NCBI RefSeq assembly: GCF_963921235.1
Contig: NC_086097.1
Coordinates: 62,002,001 to 62,066,000 of the forward strand
Length of the DNA: 64,000 nucleotides
Source of the DNA: Mobula hypostoma
Lineage: Eukaryota
Direction of reading: 5' to 3'
How positions within the stretch are numbered: position 1 is the first letter of the stretch; each line of letters opens with the position of its first letter. Made by a program: the position numbers and the translations under genes. Shown piece by piece: positions 63,432 to 64,000 of the stretch. The notes beneath the pieces were generated by a model, which worked only from the letters and a program-made list of their open reading frames with translations, searched no databases and was not told the origin of the DNA.

Positions 63432-64000
63432 CTTTCATTCATTCAGGTGCCTTGCCGCTCGGCATGGGTGATCATATCTCTCCATTCATCACGGTCCCTG
63501 ACCCTCCAAATTGTCGTTGTTGCCTCCCCTGTTTCTAACCATGATGTTATTCCATCTAACATTTTCATTCTCTTTCTGCCTCTGCTTCTCTTTCCTTCCA
63601 GCTTTCCAGTTGTAACTAAATGTTCTAATGTCTCTCATTGCATGATATACCCAAAGAGTTTTGATTGCTGTTTTCTGAGTTTTTTAAGTAATGTACATTT
63701 TGTTTTCGTTCTCTGTAGAACTTCTTTGTTGGTTATCCTGTCCTTATATGATATGCATAGCATTCTTCTGAGGAATCACATCTCTGCTGCATTGATTCTT
63801 TTTCCATTGCATTTGTGATGGTCCATGGCTCGCAGCCAGACATCAATATGGGAAGAATGCAGCAGCTGAGAGTTCTAAGGTGGATGTCAATTGCTATTTT
63901 CCTGTTCATTAAGATATTTCTCATTTCTGTAAATGCTGTTCTTGCCATTGCTATTCTTGCTTTTAAGTCTGTTTCGCATTTCCCATCAGGTGTTACCCAT
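63432..64000 (-). mobile_element. RTE-clade LINE 3' part (runs off the window)
   Basis: ARTAFTEMRNIL...LPILMSGCEPWT, and RRMLCISY in an adjacent frame. (TGAA)n tail. Confidence 0.88.

Noticed and set aside
63216..63818. 200-aa hydrophobic plus-strand ORF
   Set aside because: Antisense to RTE and CR1 remnants.

Overview
Vertebrate non-coding DNA, probably a large intron or gene desert. The repeat content (HER1-like CR1 LINEs, HE1/V-SINEs, Rex1/Babar, Neptune-type Penelope remnants) points to a cartilaginous fish, probably a ray; this is an inference. No host protein-coding exon could be recognised. Most of the window is nested transposable elements: a full-length, near-intact ~5.9 kb L1-clade element (49262-55171, 10-bp TSD), a full-length CR1 inside a solo LTR, five solo LTRs, Tc1/pogo/hAT MITEs, SINEs and an RTE fragment. 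The most interesting signals are at the RNA and DNA structure level. (1) A ~480-bp non-autonomous RTE-derived element whose 5' end coincides with the cleavage site of an HDV-like ribozyme fold. (2) Minimal hammerhead ribozymes in Penelope ends. (3) A Penelope insertion that appears to have captured nearby DNA in inverted orientation. (4) A 39-bp minisatellite with higher-order structure, grown out of a Rex1 ORF. (5) A triple fold-back hairpin insertion. All calls were made by eye with no database searches, and the boundaries of old elements are approximate.
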